Shown: positions 37,811 through 49,793 of the stretch, in pieces | How the letters are laid out: each line of letters opens with the position of its first letter | How positions within the stretch are numbered: position 1 is the first letter of the stretch | Assembly (NCBI GenBank): GCA_035221665.1 | Contig: CM069140.1 | Coordinates: forward strand, 42,904,001 to 42,968,000 | Origin: Okamejei kenojei | Taxonomy: Eukaryota | Reading direction: 5' to 3' | Length of the DNA stretch: 64,000 bases | Notes under the pieces: model-generated | Database searches by the model: none | The model's input: the letters and a program-made list of their open reading frames with translations, nothing else | Told to the model about the DNA's origin: nothing | Made by a program: the position numbers and the translations under genes

Positions 37811-38779
37811 CCCAATGCATGTTTTTGTAGTGTGGTTCATGAGTAGCTAGTTCTATTCATTGCTACATTTTTATTTTATTTACCATGGACTCCATGCCAG
37901 TAAAAGCCAGTGAAAATATTAATTGCAGTATCTCTCTTATTTATTCAGCGGTTGGTCACCAAATTTATATAATTTAAGGATATTTCTTGATTTTCAAATT
38001 CCACAGTTTTGATCAACATTGATTTTTTTTTTTTAATCGGACATGTAATTCTTGACGTGATTCTTTTTTTGTTACCTAACATGAAATCGGGAAGCCCACA
38101 GAGATTTTATGTTGAATATATATTTGAAGTATTAAGATTTTATTTTTTTCTGATGAATTATTAAACCAATTCAGACCTCTGGTGCGGCATGTAACACTTC
38201 CTATATTAAAACTATGCTTTGCTTTTTTTCATGTATGTGATGTTTTTTTAGTTATTCCTAGAATTGCCATATAATGAAGATTCACAGGTTGATAATATGC
38301 ATCTTAGTAAAGATAAGCTGATAAAATGGTGAAACTGTATAATTAAATAACCTCTTCGAGCTGCTTTGCAGTTTGCACAATAGGTTAAAAGCAAGCATGG
38401 GCCAATGATTCAGCAAAATATTTAAGTAAAGATACACATCCACAAGGATTGAAATGGCTGCGCCATTACTTTGATTCTTTGTGAGGTCGAGTTTAATTAA
38501 GTCAGGTAAACGTGATGAACATATCACAAAATCAAGTTCATATCCACCTAAGGAATTTGAATTGTTAATGTTCCATGTGCTTGTTACTTTTGCTCTTCTG
38601 TGTAGTTGATGTCAAAACTTTGGGCGGGAGAGTCATTGAAACTTTACCAGGTTCCGCATTGTATTTTGTAAAATGACTGCAGTCAGCGAGTCAGTGGTAG
38701 AGTGAGTACTTATTTAGGGTATACAGTGTTTTGATGACGATCTTTAAATTGTTTCTAGCCACAGATGAGATTTCGAAGA

Positions 38780-39195
38780 CAGAATGGAACTAGAAATAAT
38801 CAAGAAGATAATAGGCCGGTGACTCTCACATTAGTGGTAGCAAAGCTAATGGAGAGGATTCTTCCAGAAAGGATTTACTCCCATTTGGAAGGGAATGGGG
38901 TAATTAGGTGTTGTCAGCATGGCTTTGTCTGTAGCAGGTCATGTTTTACTAACTTGATTGCATTTTTTGAGCAGGTGACAAACGTGGTTGATGATGATAG
39001 GGAAAGGATGTTGTCTACGTGGATTTTAGTAACGCATTTGATAAAGCCCCTCATGGTGGGCTGATGCAAAAGCTTAAAAGGAATGGGATCCATGGTGACT
39101 TGGTAGTTTGAATTCAGAACCGTCTTACTCATAGAATACATAGGGTAATGGTGAAAGGTTGTTATTCTAGCTGGAAGTATGCGACCAGCAGTATT
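38780..39195 (+). mobile_element. CR1 RT fragment
   Basis: NRPVTLTLVVAKLMERIL..QHGF..RSCFTNLIAFFE. Confidence 0.8.
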
Positions 39196-42100
39196 CATAT
39201 ACACACGTGCACCGGTGGACATGCACATGCACACACTTTGGATGTAAATGTACATGGGTCAGTTAGGAAGTATCAACTGGCAACCAAAACAAAACCTTGC
39301 ATGTCTTTAGTGCACAGAAATATATTTTGCAACATAAATTCTCATAAATCCGTAAAATAACAAGTTATTATGTAATATCAAGCACAATAGTGAATACCTA
39401 TTAATCAATTCACTTTAGATTAGGTTCTATGAAATAATTTCAACTAGAAACTGTAAAAATTGACTAATATTCAAATATTTAAAGGTACCAAGAAGGGAAA
39501 AGCAACATATCGATTAATTGATTATATTGATAGTTGATAAAAAGAACATCTATTTTGAGGAAGAATCATTCAGCAAAAGACATTTAAAGTAATACTTTGT
39601 AAGAGAGTTGAAGAAGGATGAAAAGTCCTTGTGTTGTTTCAGTTGGGGGGAAGTAGCTTATGCTTGTTTACCCAACCTGAGTTGAGGGGACTAAACACTG
39701 TTGGATTTTGGTTAATCGGGTTAACGTAGTTGACAAAGTCTTGGGTGTGGCTCAGATTGAGCTGGGCCAACTCATAAAAACACATTTTCATATGTTCTAT
39801 ATTTTGTATCGAACCTGGCTACCTGATCCAAACCCGACAGGATTCAACCATACATGATGTATTGACTGGGTCAGGTACCTAAAGCACTGCAAATATCTGG
39901 GCTAAGATTGGGTTTTGATTGGCTCTGACCCAGTTTAGATTAGGTTTTATTACCTAAGAATTGTATATAGGGCTTCCATGTGTTTTTTTAAAACCCTAAA
40001 TGATTTATTGTTTACATGGTTACCCCCCCCCCCCCCCTTTTTTAACAGCTTGCATAGTAGATAATAAAGAGACAGTGAGAAGTTTTCATAATTCTAGTGC
40101 ATTATAAAGTATTATGTTCCTGTAACGTTACATAATTTATTTAGAGGTTGATATATTTGCAATAATATATGCAATGTGTGCAAAGTGGTCTGGAAATTTC
40201 ATGTACGACTGTTTGTGAAATTGAAAAGAAATCTGTGGGCTTGTAGCTTTTTGCATTGTCAGTCATTGGATTCTGCTGCTGACAGTAGTTGAAAGTGGAT
40301 GTGGGAAAAACACTGCTTGCTGCAGCACAGTCTCTTGGGTAAGAGCATTTCATGAAAGGCTTGCCTTGCTTCAGCGCCACAGAAATGACTTGTTACCTCA
40401 TTGAGCAGTACTCAGTTGCTGAGCTTTAAGCTTGGAGACATCCAGCATAGAGATTTGAGGCTAAAGAACATGGAAAATGTTGCCAGGTCAGTACGTTTTA
40501 AGAAATCTGTGAATATACACATTTGTACTTTAATCTGCATTGCTCATTGTGAGGTTGAAAAAAAAGGCAATTGCTATATAGGATGATGATATCTGTTAAC
40601 ATTTATTTTACATCTGTTTTTGACTAAATTAATATAATCATATTTTAAGTTTATCTGAATGGTGATAACATTGTTTGAAGTTGATTTTTTAACAGTGTAC
40701 TTGCCACTAGATTTTAATTATTTAATTTTTGTACATTTTAGTACAACTGATTTTTAATTCTATCATGAATCACATTAAACAATACCACTGCTATTAATTA
40801 TATAAACGTCATTATTTTTTATTTGTATCCTGTGCTCACAAAATCTAGAATAGAACACCATCTGCCACTGTGTGGTAGTGTGTAAAATAAGCGAGAGAGA
40901 AATATAAAGGTAATGAAATTTTTACTTGCAGACATGGTAATCACTGTCCTAGCTGAAAGCCTTCTGAAATTAACAATATTTCAATGATTTATTTGGCACT
41001 TAATTAAAAATGTTTTGATGCATTGCTTCTGAACTATTGAATATAAAAACATAAGTCTAATTCCTAGATCTCATTGTCTATAAGTACTATTTCAGGTATA
41101 ATGTTTTTATCGATGGATAGTGTTCTGGTGAATTATCACGGTGATAAAGAATGTAATAGATTACTGAAGGTTATTGAAGGGGTTCAGACAGTTTCAGTTT
41201 CTATGCTTTACTTAGCAATATCCAACTATCGTGGTGAAACATGATAATAATTTGGTTTAGTTTTTGTAGCAACAAAACCAGTAATCTTACTTGTCTGTTG
41301 TGAATCACCAAATCCTTGCATGTTTTAGAATCATATATCTCTTTGATTTGAATAACTTGATAAATCTTAGTTAAGAGATAAAAATAAAAAATGGTACCGT
41401 AACAATATTGCCTTTAAAAAATGTAAACATGCTGCAGTTGTGGGTGAACTGAAGATTAGCAGTATTTCTGTTCCTGCATGAAGCATTGGGAATATTATTC
41501 TTAATTTATTGTAAAATATATTTTTGCTTGGGGTAATAATGTGTGTGTCATACCATTTGTAAATTAGTCACGCATAGTTTAAATATGTTTGTATTTATAT
41601 TTTTTTCCCTTGATTCTGAAGCTGATCAATATACACTTAAATTTACCCAGGCACACTTAGTGTAAAAACATTTTCAAGCTACTTTCGAGCCTCAATATCA
41701 GTCTGACATATTGTGTTCAAATGCTCAAGGTCATTTTAAGCATGAATGTTAAATCTCTTGGTGGCTTTGGAGTCCTGGCACCGGATCTCTTGGGCTTCTT
41801 AGAATTAATACTGTTGCAGTACCATATTCAGCATTGCCTTACAAACAATCAGTCCGAAGCATTAACCCAGGCAATAATGGGATACTGTGGATAGCCACCT
41901 TGAAAGCAAGATCATTATTCTTTGAAGATTTTAATGAGGAAATAAATAAATAACAGAACAGAGAATACCAATGAATATGGTAAATTCATATTTTCAAAAA
42001 CATTTGATAAGGTTATTTAATTAAGTAGCTTCTTGGGTTGTCAATAATATCAGGATGAAGAGGATTAATTGAAGATCAAAGCTGAGAGGAGAAAGCATAT

Positions 42101-42940
42101 TTTCAGTTTCACTGGCTATTTCTGTTTGGATGACAGAACGATGAGTACACTCAGCAGCTATTTACAATCTATACTTGATATATGTAAAAGGACAGAGTGT
42201 AATGTATTCAGGTATATTGATATTACAAAGTTATGTGAGAGAGTGAGTTGTGGACAGAAGATAATTGTCTTAGATTAGAGAGTAAGAAATTGGCAGATGG
42301 GATGTAAGGTTGGAAGATCTGCAGTTATGTCCTTTGGCAGAAAATTGAAATATTTTTTAAATGAGAAAAATTGGTTAGTGTATAGTGCACAAAGTCAAAG
42401 TAAACTTGTAGATAACAACAAGTAACTTGGAAGGCAAATGTTATGTTGTATGGTTGTAAAGCCTTTGAAATATAGGAACGAGAAAATATTAGTGCAGGTA
42501 CACAGTACGTTGATGGAATGATACCTAGAGTATTGTGTGCATTTCCTCTTGTCTTCAACTTAAGAAATTAAAGATGGCTTGGCGATACGTCAGTGTAGAT
42601 GTACCAAATTGATTCCTAGGATGTGTGCATTGAGTTGAGCAAGTAGGATGCATAGTACAATGAGAGGAGGTCTCATCAAACCATATACTGAGCTGGAATT
42701 ACAGATTTGAGACAGAGTTCCGAGTCAATATTTAGAGCATGGAAATTTAGATCTGAGATAAAGAGTAACTCGTTTATTCAGAATTTCAAAAACTTACATG
42801 CCACAGAGATTGATACTAAGTTATTCATTATATCTGGAGCTGAGTATGATAGGTTATTAGACATAAAGCCTTTTACAGGTTATGAGAATTGGCAGGAAGG
42901 TGGATGAAGTAAGTGATTTTATTCAAGGGGAAGCATCCTC

Positions 42941-43432
42941 GAGAGGCTGTATGGCAATTGCTATTCCAGTTTCTTATTTTCTTAAACCCAACCTTATCAG
43001 GTTTTTTATGAATATGTATTATTTTTGGAGATCTGGCTTTCGGCAGCAAGGACAACATTTATTGTTCATTCCCAATTAGCTTTGAGAAAATGGTGGAGAG
43101 CCACCTTCTTGCATTGTAGTCCTTCTGGTAAACGCACTCCCATAGTGTCCAAGATTTGGACCCAATGACAATGAAGGACCATATTTGAGGGGCTGTATGG
43201 CAATTGCTATTCCAGTTCCTTATTTTCTTAAGCCCAACTTTATCAAGTTTTTTAGGAATACGTATTATTTTTGGAGATCTGGCTATCGCCGGCAAGGACA
43301 ACATTTATTGTTCATTCCCAATTATCTTTGAGAAAGTGGTGGAGAGCCACCTTCTTGAAGCATTGTACTCCTTCTGGTAAAGGTACTTCCATATTGTCCA
43401 AGATTTGGACCCAATGACAATGAAGGACCATA
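42941..43432. repeat. tandem duplication, two diverged ~245-bp units
   Basis: 42941-43183 and 43187-43432 both run GAG.GGCTGTATGGCAATTGC...ATGAAGGACCATA. Confidence 0.9.
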
Positions 43433-44013
43433 GATATATGTGTAAAATAGTAAGATTAAACGAGAACTTACCAGTTCGAAGTTTGATCGTTATTTTATGA
43501 GGAGTTACGATGAGGGATTACGTGAAGAACCCGCCTCACGCTGGCAAACGGCATACTTCAAAGCAGCGGCATGAAAAACACAGAACACCAAATAGCCGAA
43601 GTAACATAGTAAGGCTCATAATAGACTTAGAACTACCAGATTGATCATTTATTTTATGAGGGTGGGAGTGGAGGGAACGTAATCCCTCATCGTAACTCCT
43701 CATAAAATAACAATCAAACTTCGAACTGGTAAGTTCTCGTTTAATCTTACTATTTTACTTCGGAGTCACGTGAGTGACTACGTGAAGATTTTAAAGCTTT
43801 CTGTGTTTTTTATGTCGTAGAATTTAATCAGTACGACAGTCCGGCTAAGTAAATACATACATGAGAAACCAGACTAATATTAGTTCTTTCCATAATTAAC
43901 TTTTTAATGGTTTAAAGAACATATAATAACCCTCCTTATATCCGAGGGAATGATTACAAAGATAAGTGACTACATAACTGGTTATAGTAATCAATAGTAT
44001 ACAAAGCAGGTGA

Positions 44014-44985
44014 TTATATTGATCCCAACACCGCGTGGCCAAAGCTTGTCATAGTGTGAACAGGTTTATTGTAGAACTTTGAAAAAGTTTCTTCTTTACT
44101 CCACCCTGCGATTTTTAAAATATGCTCGAGTGGTACGTCCCGCACCTTCGCCGCGGACGTAGCTGCAGCCCTGGTGGAGTGAGATTTGAACACATCAGTG
44201 TCTACTCCTGCTAAAAGCAACACCTGTTTCAACCATTTTGAGATAGTTTGAACTGAAGCTTTTGTGTGTGGCTTTTTATGCGTAATCATTAACATTTTTT
44301 CATTTCCTCGAAGAGTTTCAGTAACTTTAACATATTGATTTAAATGTTTAACCACACACAAAGTAGGATCAATAGCATAAGCTTGAAAGGTTACCTTAGC
44401 TCCAGATCTCCCTGGTCTGCTTTGTTTGATCAGATCGTAAACATAGAACACAATGTTATCTATAGTCACATGCATACAGTCTAAACGCAACATTTGTAAA
44501 GTTTGCACTCTTTGAGCTGAAACCAATGACATTAACATTATTAATTTCAATGTTAATCTTTCCAATGACAATCCTTCAATTGGAGTCCATTGCCTAAGTA
44601 AGGTAAGTACAATGCTCACATCCCAAATCTCTGTGTACCTTGGTTTGGGTGGATTGATGTTAAAGATTCCTTTCATGAATCTAGATATTAATGGATGTGA
44701 TCCAATTGATTTCTGGTCAGACATTAGTCCTAAATAAGATGATAAGGCACTGCGTGCAGTGTTAATGGCACTGTAACTTAAATGTTGCTCAAAATGCAAT
44801 TTGGCAAGGAACTCCAAAACATTTGCAATATTCACAGTATCATAAGAAATATTTGACTGTGTGCAAAATTCTTCCCATTTCTTTATATGTGTCATATATT
44901 GTTTTTGTGTGCTATCTCGCCATGATGTGACTATAACTTCCATAATTTTGTCCGACAATCCCAGCTCCTGTAGTGGTCTGGTCAA
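44014..44985 (-). CDS. DIRS1 tyrosine recombinase (open frame, 323 aa)
   Basis: SAQRVQ (R), IKQSR (K), HSTR (H-x-x-R), AGW, FSKFY (Y); N-terminal SAM-like domain with YSAINTARSALS. Confidence 0.9.
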   Translation of the reverse strand: MTRPLQELGLSDKIMEVIVTSWRDSTQKQYMTHIKKWEEFCTQSNISYDTVNIANVLEFLAKLHFEQHLSYSAINTARSALSSYLGLMSDQKSIGSHPLISRFMKGIFNINPPKPRYTEIWDVSIVLTLLRQWTPIEGLSLERLTLKLIMLMSLVSAQRVQTLQMLRLDCMHVTIDNIVFYVYDLIKQSRPGRSGAKVTFQAYAIDPTLCVVKHLNQYVKVTETLRGNEKMLMITHKKPHTKASVQTISKWLKQVLLLAGVDTDVFKSHSTRAAATSAAKVRDVPLEHILKIAGWSKEETFSKFYNKPVHTMTSFGHAVLGSI

Positions 44986-45029
44986 AACCTGCAGATTAAT
45001 AAATTCATATATGCATATAATGGATAAAT

Positions 45030-46860
45030 TTATTTAGTTACTGGATTAATCAAAATATCACTACAGTTAGGAATTGACATATATGGTTCTTTAATCATAT
45101 TCAGCATTAATGGGAACCAAGGTTGTGTTGGCCAATTTGGAACTACCAACAATCCAGTGGCAGAATCTTGTTCTATTTTCTTCAGACATTTCTGAATCAA
45201 AGCAAATGGTGGAAAAGCATAAAAGAACATATTCCCCAGTTCAATGAAAAAGCATCTACTGCTACTGCATCTGGATCGTGTTCCCAAGACACATATTTAG
45301 GCAATTGATGATTAAGCCTTGATGCAAACAGATCAATTTCTGGTAAACCAAATTGGGTTACAATATTCTTAAATATTGCTGGATTAAGCATCCATTCTGT
45401 GTTATCTTTAAATATCCTTGATCTTTTATCTGCCACCACATTGTCTTTACCTGGAATGTAATTTGCTGAAATCCAAATTTGGCGGTCAATACACCATTGC
45501 CATATTTCATTGACCAGACAATCACATGATACTGATCTAACTCCCCCCATGTGATTAATATATGCAACCGCCGTTTTATTGTCTAACTGTATTAATACAT
45601 GTAGACCCTTTTTTGAACAACAATATGCTTTTAGTCCATAGAAAGCACCCAATAACTCTAAATAGTTAATACCATAAGTTTGAAGAAACATTTCTTCTTG
45701 AACTTTCCATCTACCTCCACAACTGGAGGATGAATCTGTTGCCCCCCATCCGAGAGCACTAGCATCTGTTTGTAAAACCATTTCAGGCTGTTTAATCAGA
45801 ATGTTTTTAGCAGCTTGTGGGACATTTTTAACCCACCATTGTAATTCCAACACAGCTTCTTTTGTTAATTGCATAGGCCTATCAAAGTGGCCTGCCTTCT
45901 CTTTGAGAGCTCTTATTTTGTCCCTTTGAAGATTTTGATAGTGTAATGGACCAAATTCTACTGCAGGAAATGCTGCTACTAGTTTACCAATGGTTTTCGC
46001 TACTTCTCGGATGGAAGGATAAGGTTTGTGAATGAGATTATTACAAGTTACCAAAATATCATCAACTTTTATCTGTTGGTAAAGTTACTAACATAGTCAC
46101 TGAATTAATTACAAACCCCAAAAAGTTAATTGATTGTGCTGGCTGCAGCTGGGACTTAATTGGATGAATCAAGAACCCTAGCTTTTCAAACAAAGCTTTA
46201 GTAACTGAAACTGAGTTCTCACCTGACTCTTGATTATCATTAATGATTAGAATGTCATCGAGATAAGCCATAACGATGTGTTTTTGTGCTCTTAATTGGG
46301 CTAAGACTGGTTTCAACAGTTTCGTAAAGAGCCTGGGAGCTGAACTCAGTCCATTTGGCAAAGCTTTAAACTGCCATAATTGTCCCAGCCAATTAAATTT
46401 TAAGTACCTCCGGAAACTCTGATGTATCTTTTAAATCAATCTTAGCCATATAACAACCTGCTGAAATTAAATATCTTACAGTATTAAATGTTTCCATTTT
46501 AAAATGTTTGTATTCTACAAACTTATTTAGATCTGTAAGGTCCAGAATAATTCTGCAACCACCATCTTTTTTATTTCTCCGAAAAATGTTAGAGACAAAT
46601 TGATGCTCGTGTTCATAAGTTTTTTCAATTACCCCTTTTCCAGATAATTTGTCAATTTCCACATTAATCTCTGCTTTATCAATAGCAGTAAACACGAAAG
46701 CGTAAGCAGGTCTATTCTGTACAGGCGGATTAACCCCTTCTTTAAATGTAATAGTGGCTCCTGAAACTGCTTGTAATATAAATCGATCAGAAGTAATAGT
46801 AAGCCAGTCTTTATAAAACTTTTGTAATCTCCCTCCAACTGGAGATTTATCCGCAGTTTC
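45030..46860 (-). pseudogene. DIRS1 pol (RT, RNase H, adenine-methyltransferase-like), frameshifted
   Basis: PVGGRL, IILDL, IDLKD (following AYY motif lost, frameshift), LPNGLSSAPRLF, YLDD, TDAS..GWG, INYLEL, DNKTAV, DLFAS and YAFPPF, split over four ORFs. Confidence 0.9.
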
Positions 46861-48096
46861 TTTAAGGATAAAACAAGTCTTTAATACCTCTCCATATGAG
46901 CGTGGTGGTCTCCTTCTCCCTGAATATGGGTAAGCATTGGGCTGTGCCGGACGATAATACTTCCTTGACAAATTTCTGCCTCTATTTCCAAAGTCAAAAC
47001 CCCTTCGGGGCGAAAAATATCTTTTTTGTCCAAAGACGAAAGGTTTCACACCGCTAAAATATTTAGCTTCTTCATCCAACTCTTTCAGTTGTTTAGGCAG
47101 ATTTTCTCCAAACAGATACCCAGGAGCTTGAACACCACTTGCTCGACACAGGCTTGCAAATCTAGGGTGAAATATGGGCCGAATCGCCATTTTCCTCATA
47201 CAGTTAATTTCATAGAAAGAATTGCACAATAAGCCCAAAGTATCTTTTTGAATCTTATCCATCTCCAATCTCTCCATTTGTCTCCCATAGGCCGTAACGG
47301 CAGCAGAAATTAGTTTGAGGGTTTTTTGAAATCTCACTTCTTGAGCTCTCATACTTGGAGTCATGGATGTCCATATCAACGGATTAACCGTAGGCACTTC
47401 CAATGAGGCACAATTTCCTGGTGTCTTATATAATTCTGATGTTTCAATCATCACAGAATCTTGAAGTTGGTGAGATACCATATAATTAATACTGGCAGCT
47501 AGGTTTTCTTCCATAGCCTCACCACTTCCTTCAGGTATAGCAAATTCTTTTGCTATCCCAGGCACATTTGGCCTTTTCTTTTTATTTTGTGGTGTGCATT
47601 CAAAATCCAAATCACCACCAGCAGGGTCTGCCTTCTGCAGCCCTAAATCAATTGGGATTTCACCCCATGAGACTTCTTCCAGCCCAAATCCTGGGTCCGG
47701 AGTTTCAAACTCCCAACTTGGCACACAGCCATATTCAGAATAATCAAACCCCTCAGAGCTTTTTTGGGATCCTTCTGGGTTCTGTGACCCTTGTCTCATG
47801 ATTTTTTGGAGAACTTTCTCCATATGCTCCATTTTTAACCACATAGTTTTATTATCTGGAGGACTTTCAGTATCAGAGTCATCAGAAACCACGGGCCTCT
47901 CAGATTTCTTTTTACATTTTTTAGGAGCATTTCCCTCCGTGGTTATTATTGCTGGAGAATCTAGAAACTCGCTATCGGGTATATCAGCGGCCACCGGTAT
48001 CGGAACCGGATCCGCACTAGCTTCTTGTCCCGTATTTTTATTTTCACCCCGGGAAGATCTTTTTACCCGCGAATTTCTCTTTGCCGATTTCTCCAT
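46860..48096 (-). CDS. DIRS1 gag-like ORF1
   Basis: First ATG at 48096; PGNC..L.VP.VNP.IW and LFGENL motifs of DIRS ORF1. Reads through in frame into pol in this copy, so the gag/pol boundary is approximate. Confidence 0.7.
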
Positions 48097-48974
48097 TTTC
48101 TTTATTATCAGTGCTAAATCAGCACGTTTACGCGACTCTGAATTTTTACTTTTACTTTCGCTTGCTGGGCCCACCCAGCGTACGCTAAAAAACATCCCGA
48201 CTTTGCTGCACTTACCTGCGGGGCCGTTCCGACCGCTGCGAGGAGCTGCTCCTTACTGCAGCTCCTCCTTCCGCCGTCAGCGTCGACGTAATGCCGTTTG
48301 CCAGCGTGAGGCGGGTTCTTCACGTAGTCACTCACGTGACTCCGAAGTAAAATCAAAATAGTGCAGAACATGGAGGGGAAACTTTAGGTTATAATACAAA
48401 CACAAAAGGCTGGGAAACCAGCAGCTCAGGCAGCATCTAGGCAAAGAGAGACAATCAATGTTTCAGGCCCGTCACAGCGCTGAATTGTAGACTGTTTATC
48501 TTTCCACAGATGCTGCATACCTACTCAGCATTTTCCATTTTTTTATTTCAGCATTCCAACATCTGCTGTTCTTTTAAAAAAAAAATGTCAACATGAATGG
48601 AGTGGTGTTTTCCATCACCTGCTATGCTTGACCTTGGTGGAAGAGGTTGAACATTTTGGGAATGCTGTCAGGTTATGATTTGATTATTTCAGAGATGGTG
48701 TTTAGATGAATAGTATTAATCACTATAATAGAATTATTACTTTGGATTGCTCTCTCACACAGTGTGTTAAATTGAATAACACTGCTAGTTTAAGTGCTGT
48801 CTCTCAGTCTCCACAGCAAAATTTGCCAGTATGGCAGACATACTTTGGTTTTGAACCTTACCTCTTGGGGGAATTGCAATCAAACTTCTCAATGTTTTTG
48901 CTTGGTGGGAACACCAAAATGTAATGGTCCGTCTGTTGAATATTTTGACTACGAATCAAAAATAAAAGAGCTAA

Positions 48975-49208
48975 TGTAGCGGGAACTCACAGGAGTCAAG
49001 CCAAAAACCAAGCGGACACAAGTTGTGTGCACGAGACGTGTTTTATTCTGTACGATACAACTCTCTACTTCTCACTGGTCACGGGCGTTGCCCGGCCTTA
49101 AATACCCACTTGGGTAAAACCCCGTGACTAGCGCCTCCCACACCGAGAGGCCACCCTCCAGAGCCGAGGGTTCGTTGTGCCCGTAGCTTACCACCAGGTG
49201 CCGCCACA
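48975..49208 (-). mobile_element. solo LTR
   Basis: TGT...ACA termini, 4-bp flanks CTAA/CTAT, AATAAA and TATTTAA on the minus strand, CpG-rich. Confidence 0.7.
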
Positions 49209-49793
49209 CTATATCCTATTTAATTGAATTCTTTGAAGACAGACTTGCCAGTTCATCTAATTACTGATTACATTTTATGGGGAAATAGAAATAGATGGCG
49301 ATCATCTGACCCTCAACCTGTGTTTTACTCTTCATTTTGATCATAAATTGACTTCATCCTCTTGCTTTGGCTTCAAATTTCATAATACAATTAAACCACT
49401 GATTTTCCCCCAACTGATGGTAACTCCTTTAATCTGGACAAAATTATGAGAGCGCGCTTTAAATTTACTGGGTGGACATAGACGGAATTGCATGTGGCAT
49501 GTGCTCATTTGGGACATAAGCACCTGTCTCAAAAGAGTTAATTGTTTACATCTGCAGTTGTTGGCGGTGATCTCTTGGTTTTGTGTGATTCTCAGCTTAT
49601 TTTGATTACATTTAACCCTAGCTATGGGTTTGAAGCAAGATCCAAATGACTGATGAGCTTAAGTACAAGTCCATATCAATACAAGACAAGGGAGAACTGT
49701 TGAAGCAACTCGACCGTGGTGTTTCCGTGCGGAAACTGTGATGTGAATGTTTTAGGTTTGTAAACTGTTTACGATATAAGAAAGCAAAGAGAC

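Larger units (their letters stand above)
43442..48353 (-). mobile_element. DIRS1-type tyrosine-recombinase retrotransposon, structurally full length
   Basis: gag, RT/RNaseH/methyltransferase and YR on the minus strand; inverted terminal repeats sharing TACGTGAAGAACCCGCCTCACGCTGGCAAACGGCAT; internal complementary region 43677-43788 joining both termini. Confidence 0.95.

Noticed and set aside
44014-44985. Phage integrase / bacterial contamination
   Set aside because: The recombinase lies within a DIRS1 element with RT, RNase H, ITRs and ICR.
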